From a virus, in the IMG/VR virus record IMGVR_UViG_3300025418_000694, positions 31,818 to 95,817 of that record: DNA of 64,000 nt. The stretch is one strand, 5' to 3'. The notes beneath the pieces were generated by a model. It saw only the letters and a list, made by a program, of their open reading frames with translations, ran no database searches and was not told where the DNA came from. Made by a program: the position numbers and the translations under genes. Below are positions 25,736 to 35,237 of this stretch, one piece after another. The first letter of the stretch is position 1. Each line of letters opens with the position of its first letter.

Positions 25736-25950
25736 TATCCCCTTAGGTGTGAGCGGAAGGCAGTTAGTTTAAATGGAAGGTCTAGATTTTTACTCAGATC
25801 TGCATATAGCTGGGCTACTTTTATAGTTGAGCTTTTTTCTTTGATTAGTTCGAATACTTTTTGTTCATCTTTACTTAGAGTATTTATCCAGCGGGCTGCG
25901 GCGCATCCTGTTGGGGCGTTTTCTAAGTGCTTGTTTAACACATCTAGCAT
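25720..25950 (-). CDS. small protein coupled to the phosphoesterase
   Basis: C...W...HLRGYCTC. Confidence 0.6.
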   Translation of the reverse strand: MLDVLNKHLENAPTGCAAARWINTLSKDEQKVFELIKEKSSTIKVAQLYADLSKNLDLPFKLTAFRSHLRGYCTCR

Positions 25951-26007
25951 GACTCTCCCTCGTGTTCGTCAAGTTACGACGTGATAAGACTAGCACATTG
26001 TTACCCT

Positions 26008-26042
26008 AAAAAAAGCAAAACCCCGCCTAACGGCGGGGCTTT
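26008..26042 (-). terminator. intrinsic terminator after hsp20
   Basis: CCCCGCC hairpin followed by a T-rich tract on the minus strand. Confidence 0.7.
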
Positions 26043-26059
26043 GGACGGTAGCGAACCTG

Positions 26060-26503
26060 TCACTTAATTTTAATGGTTCGCGGCTTCATTTCCTCGGGCA
26101 ACTCACGGTCTAATTTAATGGTAAGTATTCCGTCTTCCATCTCAGCCGAAGTCACATTAACGTAGTCAGCTAATGGGAAGGTTTGAGTGAAGTTACGAGT
26201 GGCGATACCTTTGTGGAAGTAGGCATCGGTAGACTCTTCTTCTTTGTCTCCTGTAACAGTTAGTACTCCGTTTGAGTAGGTCACACGAATGTCGGATTTC
26301 TTAAACCCAGCTACCGCAAATCTAATCTCATACTTGTTTTCTTCAATAGAAAGTATGTCATAGGGTGGGTATTTAGCGGGGGAACCAGCGTTTAGAATTT
26401 CTTCAAAGAACTTGAACTGGTTATGAAACCCAACTCCCCGATTAATAAGGGAATTTGTTAGGGTTGAGTGATCGAATGTTGCAATATAGGCGTTAGCCAT
26501 CAT
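26060..26503 (-). CDS. small heat-shock protein Hsp20/IbpA-like
   Basis: YPPYDI...AVAGF...HKGIATRNF...A.MEDGILTI.L...PEEMKPR. Confidence 0.92.
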   Translation of the reverse strand: MMANAYIATFDHSTLTNSLINRGVGFHNQFKFFEEILNAGSPAKYPPYDILSIEENKYEIRFAVAGFKKSDIRVTYSNGVLTVTGDKEEESTDAYFHKGIATRNFTQTFPLADYVNVTSAEMEDGILTIKLDRELPEEMKPRTIKIK

Positions 26504-26570
26504 TTTATATCTCCTTAGACGATATATGTTTAGTAGGTCCCGTTTGGCGACCTGTATTAATTATAGCAAT

Positions 26571-26603
26571 AAAAAACCCCCCAGGGAAGGGGATCCTGGG
26601 GGG
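26571..26603 (-). terminator. intrinsic terminator
   Basis: CCCCCCAGG-N9-CCTGGGGGG-TTTTTT on the minus strand. Confidence 0.75.
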
Positions 26604-26630
26604 CCGTATTCCTTTGGTGGAAAGGAATCT

Positions 26631-26963
26631 TTATGCGTGATCTTCCATGCCTGCACCAAAGTTCTGAGACTGGCGCTTGATTGCTGAAGGAAGTAGACGT
26701 CCGTTAGCTAGTGTAGAACCAGCTTCTGGAGCCTCTGACTTTTGAAACTTAACGCGAACACCATAACGTGCTCCGCCTGTTGCTTTTACATGTGAGCGTG
26801 ATGGCTTAGCCATCTTGGTTGGGTCGCCAGCTTGTGCACCCTTCTTCTTCATTAACTTAGTGTTAGCTGAAGGTGCTGCAGAAGCATTTTCTACTTTCAT
26901 GCTTGAAACTGCTGCACTTGTTGGTGCAAGTGGTGCTGGGTTCTTCTTAGATGATTCTTTCAT
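26631..26963 (-). CDS. basic low-complexity protein
   Basis: K/A/S-rich; AAAGGA RBS. Confidence 0.6.
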   Translation of the reverse strand: MKESSKKNPAPLAPTSAAVSSMKVENASAAPSANTKLMKKKGAQAGDPTKMAKPSRSHVKATGGARYGVRVKFQKSEAPEAGSTLANGRLLPSAIKRQSQNFGAGMEDHA

Positions 26964-27022
26964 GTTTATCCTTTGGCCGAAGGTTTTAATAACTGTACGG
27001 TATTTACCATTTAAATACAGGC

Positions 27023-27298
27023 TTAATTAGCAATTACTTGAAATACGATGGCGCTGATATCCCCGTCATGGCTCTTGATGCTGGCAAAGCCTGGGATACA
27101 GACTAGGTTCAAGCCTCTTGGAGCCGTGTATCCACGGGCAATAGCGATGGCTTTAACGGCTTGATTGACTGCCCCTGCGCCTACAGCGCGAATATGTACC
27201 TGACGCTTCTCGTAGATAGCGTGGGCTACAGCCGAGGCTACAGACTGTGGGTTAGACCCTGCAGAAACGCGCAGGATGTTCTCTTCTTGTTCTGACAA
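27023..27298 (-). CDS. spoVS: SpoVS-family protein
   Basis: LRVSAGSNPQSVASAVA...AVGAGAVNQAVKAIAIARGY...PGF signature. Confidence 0.9.
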   Translation of the reverse strand: MSEQEENILRVSAGSNPQSVASAVAHAIYEKRQVHIRAVGAGAVNQAVKAIAIARGYTAPRGLNLVCIPGFASIKSHDGDISAIVFQVIAN

Positions 27299-27371
27299 TT
27301 TATGCTCCTTGGGTTACGAATTATTTTTCCCCGTGGCATAAAGTATGAGGCCTAACTTAGACAAAATAAGG

Positions 27372-27581
27372 TTAAAAGTCTCGTTTCCAATGCAGATAAG
27401 AACGAACATAGGTGGCTGCGTAGGCTAAAGATGCAAATATAAAACCGTATTGGTGGGTTGTTATTGCATAGGTCATCCAGAGGCACTCATTAAAACCAAG
27501 TACAAACCAGCCCCACATTGATTTTTGACCTACAAAGTAAATACCAGTAACGCCAATTATGGCTAGCACCCATGACCACAT
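27372..27581 (-). CDS. small PnuC-like membrane protein
   Basis: Three short TM segments; W.GW...NECLW..YA....QYG. Confidence 0.5.
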   Translation of the reverse strand: MWSWVLAIIGVTGIYFVGQKSMWGWFVLGFNECLWMTYAITTHQYGFIFASLAYAATYVRSYLHWKRDF

Positions 27582-27793
27582 TAGGGTCTATCCAATGGTG
27601 TAGGAGCCTTTGCATAAGTCCCACAGGAGGCGCACTCCATGTCTAAGAAATATGTTGACATTTCATAATCATCAAAGCAGGCTTTTATATTCCATACAAA
27701 TGATTTACAAACTGGGCAAATGTGGTGGACCTCATTGGCATGGTCCATCGTGCCTGTGTAATCAGGCTTTAGCTGTCGGATAGGCCTGCTCAT
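27581..27793 (-). CDS. zinc-ribbon protein
   Basis: CPVC...CASCG. Confidence 0.6.
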   Translation of the reverse strand: MSRPIRQLKPDYTGTMDHANEVHHICPVCKSFVWNIKACFDDYEMSTYFLDMECASCGTYAKAPTPLDRP

Positions 27794-28004
27794 GAAGCTT
27801 GTCCAATGCTGCTCGTTGTTCGGCCATCATCTTTTCAATTTGTTCTATTTCATCTGGAGCCAGAGTATCTTTTTGATCTTGATACATCTTTACGCCGATC
27901 TCAAAGTTCTGCTCTAAAATTTGTAGCTGAACTCTACGGCGCTCTGCTACAAAGTTTTCTGCTTCTGCTAAACGTTCAGCTCTTTTATCCTGTGTCTTAC
28001 TCAT
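27762..28004 (-). CDS. coiled-coil hypothetical protein
   Basis: E/Q-rich ORF in operon. Confidence 0.55.
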   Translation of the reverse strand: MSKTQDKRAERLAEAENFVAERRRVQLQILEQNFEIGVKMYQDQKDTLAPDEIEQIEKMMAEQRAALDKLHEQAYPTAKA

Positions 28005-28082
28005 GTTAACCCCAAATACTTAGTACAGCAGATAATAAATCAGCAAGACTTCCGTATAACAGTGCTAAGAATTTTAACGCAT

Positions 28083-28250
28083 TCATTGTCCACCCCATCC
28101 ACCGCCCTTAAAATGAGCTGGTATGGCAGACCATACACGAGACATAGTAGATTGGCAAGGCGAGCATGTAGGACTGCTTTCTTCATCAAAGGATCTTGTT
28201 ACCTCTATAGTAGAACCGCACTTGTCGCATTTATAATCGTAAGTAGGCAT
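28083..28250 (-). CDS. FmdB-family zinc-ribbon protein (55 aa)
   Basis: Read by hand: MPTYDYKCDKCG...PTCSPCQSTMSRVWS...FKGGGW. Confidence 0.8.
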   Translation of the reverse strand: MPTYDYKCDKCGSTIEVTRSFDEESSPTCSPCQSTMSRVWSAIPAHFKGGGWGGQ

Positions 28251-28799
28251 TTAGTATTTGTGCTGCTCTATCTCAATAAACGGGCCTGAGGTATAAACGT
28301 CTAGTGAAGCTGCAATCTCTAGGGCTTCTCCAATAGAAGCGCCAGCGTGAAGGGCGCCTAGCGCATAGGATGAACCATTCCCTACCCCATAAAAACCTGT
28401 GTCTGTTCTACATACAGATAGGTCGTCTGCAACATCAAATACTTCTCCGTTGACTGCTATAAGGAAATGAAACCTAGGACCGTCATCTCCTTCTTTGCGC
28501 TCTTCGTCAAAGTTGTAGCCGTTAGACTTCAAGCATTCTCTAAGTGAGGGCATGGCTTTTGCAATCATAAAGTGGTAAATGTCTTTTTTGTCCGATGCTG
28601 TAAGTGAGGGTGGCTTCCAAAGGTGCTGGGCAATGTCACATGGCTGCACCTCACCACTACCACCAATTAAGAAAGATCCTCGCTCACTAATCTTTTCCAT
28701 GTTGGGGTGCCTAAAGATACGGCCTGAGCCGTCTGTGACTTGGTTATCTGCCCCTAAGACGCATCGATCGGGGTACTGAACAGCTACTATGGTTGTCAA
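28251..28799 (-). CDS. Ntn-hydrolase, proteasome-beta/HslV-like peptidase
   Basis: N-terminal TTIVAV, GADNQVT, K, GNGSSYALGAL, DVYTSG. Confidence 0.8.
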   Translation of the reverse strand: MTTIVAVQYPDRCVLGADNQVTDGSGRIFRHPNMEKISERGSFLIGGSGEVQPCDIAQHLWKPPSLTASDKKDIYHFMIAKAMPSLRECLKSNGYNFDEERKEGDDGPRFHFLIAVNGEVFDVADDLSVCRTDTGFYGVGNGSSYALGALHAGASIGEALEIAASLDVYTSGPFIEIEQHKY

Positions 28800-28807
28800 A
28801 GGGTGCC

Positions 28808-29347
28808 CTATCGCTCTCTGAACTTCGGATCTTGAAGTTTAACATAGACATCCCTCTCGTATGTACGTGAATGCGACCCTGAGACAAGGTGAGCTAGTAC
28901 GTAGGAGTCAGCAGCGTTGTCATCTGAGAATTCCGCCCCAAAGTTTTTGTACACACTGAGCATTATCTGGCTCTTAGAGACCCCTGAGGCCTTGCCACAG
29001 GCATATTTCTTGAGATTGGTAGGGGGGACAATAAGGGGATAGATTCCAAAGTCGTATAGGGTCAATTTAACCATGCCCCCAAGCTCCCCTAGCATGTTAG
29101 CCATCTGGGAACCAAAGGCGTAGCCCTCCATAGCCACGTCCTCAATCTTGTCAAACTTGTGCAGCCAGTTCATTACGTGGGCTTGGATGTCAGACAGCCT
29201 GGCTATACCTCTTTGGTCAGACTTGTAGACCTCCGTATAATAACTGCCCTGTTGATAGGCTGTTACGGCAAACCCGCTGTAAGACTGGTCTATACCTAGA
29301 TACACGGGGTTCTCTGGGATTACCAGACCTCCGTGGAATACTTTCAT
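28808..29347 (-). CDS. ruvC: RuvC-like Holliday junction resolvase
   Basis: LGIDQS, VAMEGY, LKKYACGK, DDNAADS. Confidence 0.85.
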   Translation of the reverse strand: MKVFHGGLVIPENPVYLGIDQSYSGFAVTAYQQGSYYTEVYKSDQRGIARLSDIQAHVMNWLHKFDKIEDVAMEGYAFGSQMANMLGELGGMVKLTLYDFGIYPLIVPPTNLKKYACGKASGVSKSQIMLSVYKNFGAEFSDDNAADSYVLAHLVSGSHSRTYERDVYVKLQDPKFRER

Positions 29348-29823
29348 TAGTAACCGCGTGCCTTTAGAACAGATGTTCGACGGGTAAGTTCACGGCTAGT
29401 TAGTTGATAGTACCGCTCTAGGTTGTCCATAGTGGTCTTCAGTAACTTGTGATAAGCCTGTGCCCTGAGCAAATTGTTAGCTAGGTCTTTCATAATTGGA
29501 TCAGTAATAATCATGGCTTTTACTGTGGTGGCTTTGACCTTTGGGTCAGAAGACTTGGATAAAAGCATCTCTGCCTCAGTAGTGTCGTAAAGGTTATCGG
29601 CTTCTGTCACAGCCAGTTCGGCGCAAGCAACCTGAGTTAACATGAAGTTATAGTTTTCCATATAACAACGGGCTAGCTCCATTAGCTCTTGGTCATCTAC
29701 CGACGTGATGTCATTAGGGAAAGGAATGATATCAAGGTTGAGATTGCGCCTTACTGGAAGGCCTTGTGCTTCTAAAACACCGATAATGTCTTCACTGATA
29801 CCAGTGGTAACTATGCTAATCAT
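29347..29823 (-). CDS. coiled-coil protein, possible UvsY-like recombination mediator
   Basis: Helical, C-terminal SRELTRR; lies among recombination genes; likely start MISIV. Confidence 0.45.
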   Translation of the reverse strand: MISIVTTGISEDIIGVLEAQGLPVRRNLNLDIIPFPNDITSVDDQELMELARCYMENYNFMLTQVACAELAVTEADNLYDTTEAEMLLSKSSDPKVKATTVKAMIITDPIMKDLANNLLRAQAYHKLLKTTMDNLERYYQLTSRELTRRTSVLKARGY

Positions 29824-30652
29824 TGTACCCCTTACATTTAGCGCACCCGTCTGACGATATATTACAGGCAGGTGGAGTATTGTTTTTAACCGACTCAACA
29901 ATCATAGCAGCAGCTTCAAAGATATGGGTAATCCCGAAGTCACTCTTAGGAACTACAAACTCTTTAGCCTCTTGATTAGACTTGTTCTCATAAATAATGA
30001 CTGCCTCTTTTGGATAGTCTTCGTAGTTAAGAAGTTCAGCCAACTTCATGTAAATCTGCACTTGCATTATGTGCTTCATAAAGGGCGCGCTAATAGCCTT
30101 CCAAGTTTTATCAAAGTCATTGTTATTCTCAGCCAGTAACTCTGGGCACTCAAAGCGCAGTGTTCCCATGCCAACAGATTTAATCTCTAGCATTAGGGCA
30201 TCTCCCAAGCCGACTAACCAACCATCTGCATGACCAGAAATGCGCAATGGTTCGTAAAATAGAGGGACTTCACAGTATTCAAGAGGACCGTTATGGCAGT
30301 CTGCACCGCCCCAAAAGAACTCTTCACATTCTATGCAATACCACTTGCCGTATAGAACACCCATCTGATGTAACCAACTTTGCCACTTGGCGTGGATAGC
30401 GTGTCCTTCAGCAAAAACTGAAGCGAGGCGTAAAGTGTTAGTACGATTACTTATAGGCTCTTCGCCTTGTAATTGAAAGTAAGAAGCTCTGTGGCACCAG
30501 TCTGCGGCAACCATCTCAGAGGGATGTAGAACATCTGTTCGACGTGATTTATCTTTAGGTTTGGACATTAGATAACGTTCTAATGAACCGAGTACGCGGG
30601 TCTCTTTTTTACCCACGTCTACAAATTTCTTTAACTGACTTCCCATTTTCAT
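29816..30652 (-). CDS. Cas4-like PD-(D/E)XK exonuclease
   Basis: HPSE...WCHR, GHAIH, GHADG, LEIKS, QVQIY, C-terminal C..C..C. Confidence 0.8.
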   Translation of the reverse strand: MKMGSQLKKFVDVGKKETRVLGSLERYLMSKPKDKSRRTDVLHPSEMVAADWCHRASYFQLQGEEPISNRTNTLRLASVFAEGHAIHAKWQSWLHQMGVLYGKWYCIECEEFFWGGADCHNGPLEYCEVPLFYEPLRISGHADGWLVGLGDALMLEIKSVGMGTLRFECPELLAENNNDFDKTWKAISAPFMKHIMQVQIYMKLAELLNYEDYPKEAVIIYENKSNQEAKEFVVPKSDFGITHIFEAAAMIVESVKNNTPPACNISSDGCAKCKGYND

Positions 30653-30664
30653 GGGAGTAACCTA

Positions 30665-30982
30665 TCACGACTCTTTGGTTAATACCCACTCCTTTAGTGT
30701 CATACCTGCGCGTGTCGCCTTACGCTTAAGGGCATTACGCTCACGGTGACTCATGCCACCCCAAATTCCGTGCGTGTCTTCCATCTCCTCCGCATACAGT
30801 AAGCACTGCTTACGTACGGGGCATTCAGGAAGACCGTCTTTACCGTAGCAAATAGCTTTTGCTCGGTCAGCAATATCTTTATATTGGTCTTTATCTCTTG
30901 GCGGGTACCAAGTATTAGTGTCTATTCCTCGACACTTGGCTTTGTATCTCCAAGGTTCTGGTCCGAGATCTTCGTCGTACAA
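30665..30982 (-). CDS. whiB: WhiB-family Fe-S transcription regulator
   Basis: WRYKAKC...AKAIC...CPVRKQC...GIWGGMSHRER. Confidence 0.92.
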   Translation of the reverse strand: MYDEDLGPEPWRYKAKCRGIDTNTWYPPRDKDQYKDIADRAKAICYGKDGLPECPVRKQCLLYAEEMEDTHGIWGGMSHRERNALKRKATRAGMTLKEWVLTKES

Positions 30983-31302
30983 GTTTTATGCTCCTGGAAG
31001 CTCAGGCGCAATTCTAGATAATCATCTTCTGTTAACAATACGTAGTTCTCATCGTTAAGACTTATGCCTAATGCAGGCATCCGACTTTCAAGTATTGCTT
31101 CTTTAATGATCTTCTCCAGAACCGCGGCTTTAACGGTAAAGGAGGCTTTGCCCGTCCACTTATGTTCTATTAGAACATCCTTAGCGCGAACATCACCTTT
31201 ACGACTCCAGAAAGCTCCGCTTCCAGCGTTACGTTTCCCGTTAAGAGCTTTTGCAAGTCGTGCCTCGTGCTTCTGAGATTCTCTTTGACCCTTACTCTTC
31301 AT
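30922..31302 (-). CDS. PD-(D/E)XK nuclease, Hjc-like resolvase
   Basis: HEARLA...GSGA...KGDV...IEHK. Confidence 0.65.
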   Translation of the reverse strand: MKSKGQRESQKHEARLAKALNGKRNAGSGAFWSRKGDVRAKDVLIEHKWTGKASFTVKAAVLEKIIKEAILESRMPALGISLNDENYVLLTEDDYLELRLSFQEHKTCTTKISDQNLGDTKPSVEE

Positions 31303-32344
31303 GAGCGTGTTTAGAGCCTGCTTTAATAGAATCTAACACGTCACGTTCAAGGGTCTCTTGAAGATCAATTTCTTCCCGTATGGACGCTAGCATAGCATCA
31401 CTACCTTGCCATTGTCTATCCGCGTATCTGTAATAGGCACCTGCACGTGTGATGACTTTATTCAGCATTCCAATAGACAAAATCTCTTTAGCAAAGTCAA
31501 ACTGACCTGCAGGGATATCACCACCATCTGCAAAGTAGAAATCAACTATTGCTACTTGTCCAGGGGCAGCTGACTTGTTCTTTATGATTCTAATCTTGAT
31601 TGACTGGCCTACCTTGCGCTTTTCCTGCCCTGTGCCAGCCTCAATCCACTCATCACGACGGACTTCCATGCGAGTAAAGAAGGCGTAATCCTTGCCCAAC
31701 CCTCCTGGGGTAGTGCGTGGGTCTCCGTACATAACACCAATCTTTGATCTCCACTGGTTAATGATTAGTCCAATGAATGGACGCTCTGGGCGGATAAGTG
31801 AGCGCTTAGACGCCTTACCAACCTTGCGGAAGAACTTATTTGTTAGAAGAGCTCCTCGTCCAACTGTTGATTCTTCCATTTCTTTGTCGTCTTCTGCGCT
31901 AGGAACCAGAGCAGGAAGACTGTCAATAACAATGCAATCGATAGCTTTGCTTTCGACAATTTGAATGACGGCTTCATATGCCTCCTCCATTATATTAGTT
32001 GCTACTACATATACGCGTGAAGTATCCACGCCACACATCTCTGCATAACCTGCTACCCACTCTTCAGCAGCTACCCACACAGTTGTAAACTCTGGGTCAC
32101 GCTTTTGATTTGCAGCGATAGTTTTAAGGGCTAGTGCAGTTTTTCCATTGCTGGCTTCACCAACGAGTTCATGCCATTGATTAGAGGGCCAACCACCACC
32201 AAGAGCAACGTCTAATGCAACTGACCCTGTAGTAGTTCTCTTACCTGTCTCAGTAATATCTGAGCCAAGAACGATTGTGTCATCGCCCATCTTTTTATTG
32301 ATGGCGCTAAATACTTTTGCTAGATCTCCTGTTAGGGTGCTCAT
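31292..32344 (-). CDS. recA: RecA recombinase
   Basis: TTGSVALDVALGGG, GEASNGKT, VIDSLPALVP, INQWR, TTPGG, KNK. Confidence 0.93.
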   Translation of the reverse strand: MSTLTGDLAKVFSAINKKMGDDTIVLGSDITETGKRTTTGSVALDVALGGGWPSNQWHELVGEASNGKTALALKTIAANQKRDPEFTTVWVAAEEWVAGYAEMCGVDTSRVYVVATNIMEEAYEAVIQIVESKAIDCIVIDSLPALVPSAEDDKEMEESTVGRGALLTNKFFRKVGKASKRSLIRPERPFIGLIINQWRSKIGVMYGDPRTTPGGLGKDYAFFTRMEVRRDEWIEAGTGQEKRKVGQSIKIRIIKNKSAAPGQVAIVDFYFADGGDIPAGQFDFAKEILSIGMLNKVITRAGAYYRYADRQWQGSDAMLASIREEIDLQETLERDVLDSIKAGSKHAHEE

Positions 32345-32721
32345 CCTAAGAATCCTCCGTCTGCTCCGATTGCTGGCTTACTGCCATTGAATGTACCTGT
32401 TGGAACTTGTATTGCTGGTGTAGCAGGACCAGATGTTGATTGACCTGGAGTAATAATTCCCTTGCCTACCCCACTACCAGATTGTTGTATTGGGTATCCG
32501 CAGTCATAACAACGTGGCGTAGCACCTTGAATACTTCCATAGTTACCGCTGTTACATCCTGGGCAACGTGGTGCTTGTGGAGTTGCTTGTTGTGAAGGCG
32601 GATATTGAGGTTGAGAAGGCTGTACATAAGTGGCTGGTTGAGGCGCTGCATATGTAGGTGCGGGTGTCTGTGTCTCAACAGGATGCCCTAATTTTTTAGA
32701 GAACCAGTCTGAACTAGTCAT
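32341..32721 (-). CDS. Pro/Gln-rich zinc-ribbon protein
   Basis: CPGC...CYDCG. Confidence 0.6.
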   Translation of the reverse strand: MTSSDWFSKKLGHPVETQTPAPTYAAPQPATYVQPSQPQYPPSQQATPQAPRCPGCNSGNYGSIQGATPRCYDCGYPIQQSGSGVGKGIITPGQSTSGPATPAIQVPTGTFNGSKPAIGADGGFLG

Positions 32722-33190
32722 TTATTTCTCCAATGTCTATAACATTTGAACGTATCATATTGTTCTGAATCATACCTAATTCTATACCTATAGAAAAGGC
32801 ACCTATTAACGTGGACAAGGAGACCGCCTTGTAAACATTAAACATTCCCTCTTTGTGGTCTTCTATATCTTCCATAGACTCTATGTCTCCAGCAAGCATA
32901 GCCTCCTCTAAATGAAGGGCGGTTAAAGAACTTGCGCTTATGTCTGAGACTGTATCGAGAAAACTGTAGAGGGGCTCAAGCTTTTTAATACGGCTATCGC
33001 TGTCCTCTTCTTCTTTAGACTCTCCCTCTTCACTGATAGGTGATAGCCCAACAAGTTCGGCTAGCTTACTTGTGTCTTCAGATAGACCCGTGTCATACAG
33101 GTACCAACGAAAGATTGTGCTCATAGGAACTTCATTGATAATGACTTCAGTATCGTCTGAGTCTTTCTTTCTAAAGAACTTTGGTCTCAT
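32714..33190 (-). CDS. hypothetical protein
   Basis: TAATG-coupled to the polymerase gene (MRPKFF). Confidence 0.6.
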   Translation of the reverse strand: MRPKFFRKKDSDDTEVIINEVPMSTIFRWYLYDTGLSEDTSKLAELVGLSPISEEGESKEEEDSDSRIKKLEPLYSFLDTVSDISASSLTALHLEEAMLAGDIESMEDIEDHKEGMFNVYKAVSLSTLIGAFSIGIELGMIQNNMIRSNVIDIGEIND

Positions 33191-35172
33191 TACTTGGCTT
33201 CTCCCCACCTTTGGACAACTTTGATGTCAGCAATAAGTGGGACTTGTAGGTAATTAATACCTTCCATAGCCTCGCGTATAGCTTCTCTTGTTTCATCTAC
33301 TAGCGCGTCTGGTGTGACGGTAACTATTTCATCGTGAACAGTTAGTATCATTTTTGCCTCAGATGGTATGCGCTCGTAGGCCCTAATCATAGCAAGTTTA
33401 ATTATGTCCGCTGCCGACCCTTGGATACGGGTATTGAAGGCTTGGCGCTCAGCGCTGGCACGAAAGCCAATGATCTTGGACTTGATATCGGGAAGGTAAC
33501 GCCTGCGCTTTAAGATAGTGGAGACGTAGCCAGTATTACGAGCAGCCCCAATAACCTTGGCGCGGTACAAATCTACAGAGGAGAACTTATCTGAGAAGTC
33601 AGTCAGAAGTTTCTTAGCTTCTTGTACAGAGCAACCAATCTGACGTGAAATCTTATCTGGTCCTACTCCATAGGCAATGGCTAGAACTAAGACCTTACCC
33701 GCCTTACGGCTAACCCCCATAGTGTTACCAATGGTTGTATAGATATCCTCACCATCTAAATAGTTCTGAATCATAATTGGGTCGCCTGACATAGAGGCAA
33801 TGATTCTAGGTTCAATCTGTGAGTAGTCGGCTACTACTAACTTGTGTCCTTCAGGAGCAGCAAACATATTACGGATCATCTTTCCGTAGTCCTTATCTAC
33901 AGGTACCTTGTCATTAGGCGCAGGAAGATTTTGCAAATTAGGGTTGGAACTAGAGAAACGACCTGTATCTGTGCCCCAAGGTTTGAAGTCCCCGTAGATT
34001 TTGCCGTTAATTAAAAGGCTTTCTTTCTCTTCAACCTTAGACTTACCGTTAACTGACTTAATTACATCGCCACCAACATAAGGGATTATGTACGTGGTAA
34101 GTAGCTTATTAATGCTTGCATACTCAAGTAGGGACGCAACTAATTCATCATCAGGATAGGCCTCTAAAGCATCAGCAGAAACAGACCAATCAGATACTTC
34201 TCTTTGTTCTGGTGGCTTCTTCTCGCCTTTAGTTGTAGGAATCTTGGGCTTTAAACCTCTATTGCCCTCTTCTATAGGACCATAAAGTAGCATCTGCTTC
34301 TCTGGGTTAGAGTTAATATTAAATACCTTGCCAGCAATGCGATAGATATCTGAGCGAACTCTTTCAATCTCTGCCTCAAACTTAACATGTAAAGCTTTTA
34401 AGTGTTCTGTATCAATATTGGCGCCAGTAAGTTTCATTTGGCAAAGTACTTTAAGAACGTCCATCTCTAGAGTCATTACTTTATCTACCTCTGACTCAAC
34501 CAGCTTTGGCGCAACCTCTTGCCAGAGAAGGTACGTGTACTTTGAATCTAGATAAGAGTATTTAGCTACCTCAGAGAAGGAATAGTCCTCTACTTTGTGG
34601 CCAATACCTTTCTGCATGCTGTAACCAAGTTCGCGTTCAAGGCAATCGTCTAGACCTAGCTTTCCGCTATTACGGCTATCGTATAGAAAGGAACCAATTA
34701 AAGTATCAAAATATGGGCCTGAAGGTATAACGTTGTCGTAGTACTTAGCCACGGACGATAAATCAAATACTAAGTTGTGACCAATAGTAAGTATGTTCTC
34801 ATTAAACATAAGAGGCTTTAAAGCCTCAAAGACTTCTGCTGGGAATAACTGCTTAGGTGCAGGGGTAAAATTCTTATCGTACTTTTTCTTATTACGTGAG
34901 TAGTCATACTCACGTGCAGGTAGACCAGCGTCTACACGTGCCTGTCCTTGTCCTGTAAGTGGCTTTACGTAATTAATGAATTCTCCGTTGGGATGTCCCA
35001 TAGGAATAACATCTCCGCGACCGCGAGTTGCAAAAGAAATCCAAACAACTTCATTGACTGCAGGAACTTCTCTGCGCTTGCCAACGGTCTCTACGTCAAA
35101 GGCAAAAGAATCTTGCTTAAGGTAGTACTTGACCATCTCGTCAAGTTGTTTCTTTGTTGTAATTATATTCAA
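33190..35172 (-). CDS. polA: family A DNA polymerase with 3'-5' exonuclease
   Basis: FDVET, GHNLVFD, TGRFSSSNPNLQN, DYSQIEPR, K...LAIAYG, QGSAADI, VHDE. Confidence 0.95.
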   Translation of the reverse strand: MNIITTKKQLDEMVKYYLKQDSFAFDVETVGKRREVPAVNEVVWISFATRGRGDVIPMGHPNGEFINYVKPLTGQGQARVDAGLPAREYDYSRNKKKYDKNFTPAPKQLFPAEVFEALKPLMFNENILTIGHNLVFDLSSVAKYYDNVIPSGPYFDTLIGSFLYDSRNSGKLGLDDCLERELGYSMQKGIGHKVEDYSFSEVAKYSYLDSKYTYLLWQEVAPKLVESEVDKVMTLEMDVLKVLCQMKLTGANIDTEHLKALHVKFEAEIERVRSDIYRIAGKVFNINSNPEKQMLLYGPIEEGNRGLKPKIPTTKGEKKPPEQREVSDWSVSADALEAYPDDELVASLLEYASINKLLTTYIIPYVGGDVIKSVNGKSKVEEKESLLINGKIYGDFKPWGTDTGRFSSSNPNLQNLPAPNDKVPVDKDYGKMIRNMFAAPEGHKLVVADYSQIEPRIIASMSGDPIMIQNYLDGEDIYTTIGNTMGVSRKAGKVLVLAIAYGVGPDKISRQIGCSVQEAKKLLTDFSDKFSSVDLYRAKVIGAARNTGYVSTILKRRRYLPDIKSKIIGFRASAERQAFNTRIQGSAADIIKLAMIRAYERIPSEAKMILTVHDEIVTVTPDALVDETREAIREAMEGINYLQVPLIADIKVVQRWGEAK

Positions 35173-35237
35173 GTTATCCCCTATAAGTTAGAAGCCAGTG
35201 GAAGGGGTTTCACTGGCTTCCAACATCTATTTATTTA

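Noticed and set aside
29816-30652. Cas4-like gene as evidence of CRISPR-Cas
   Set aside because: Solo Cas4-like nucleases are common in phage recombination modules; no cas1 or array is present
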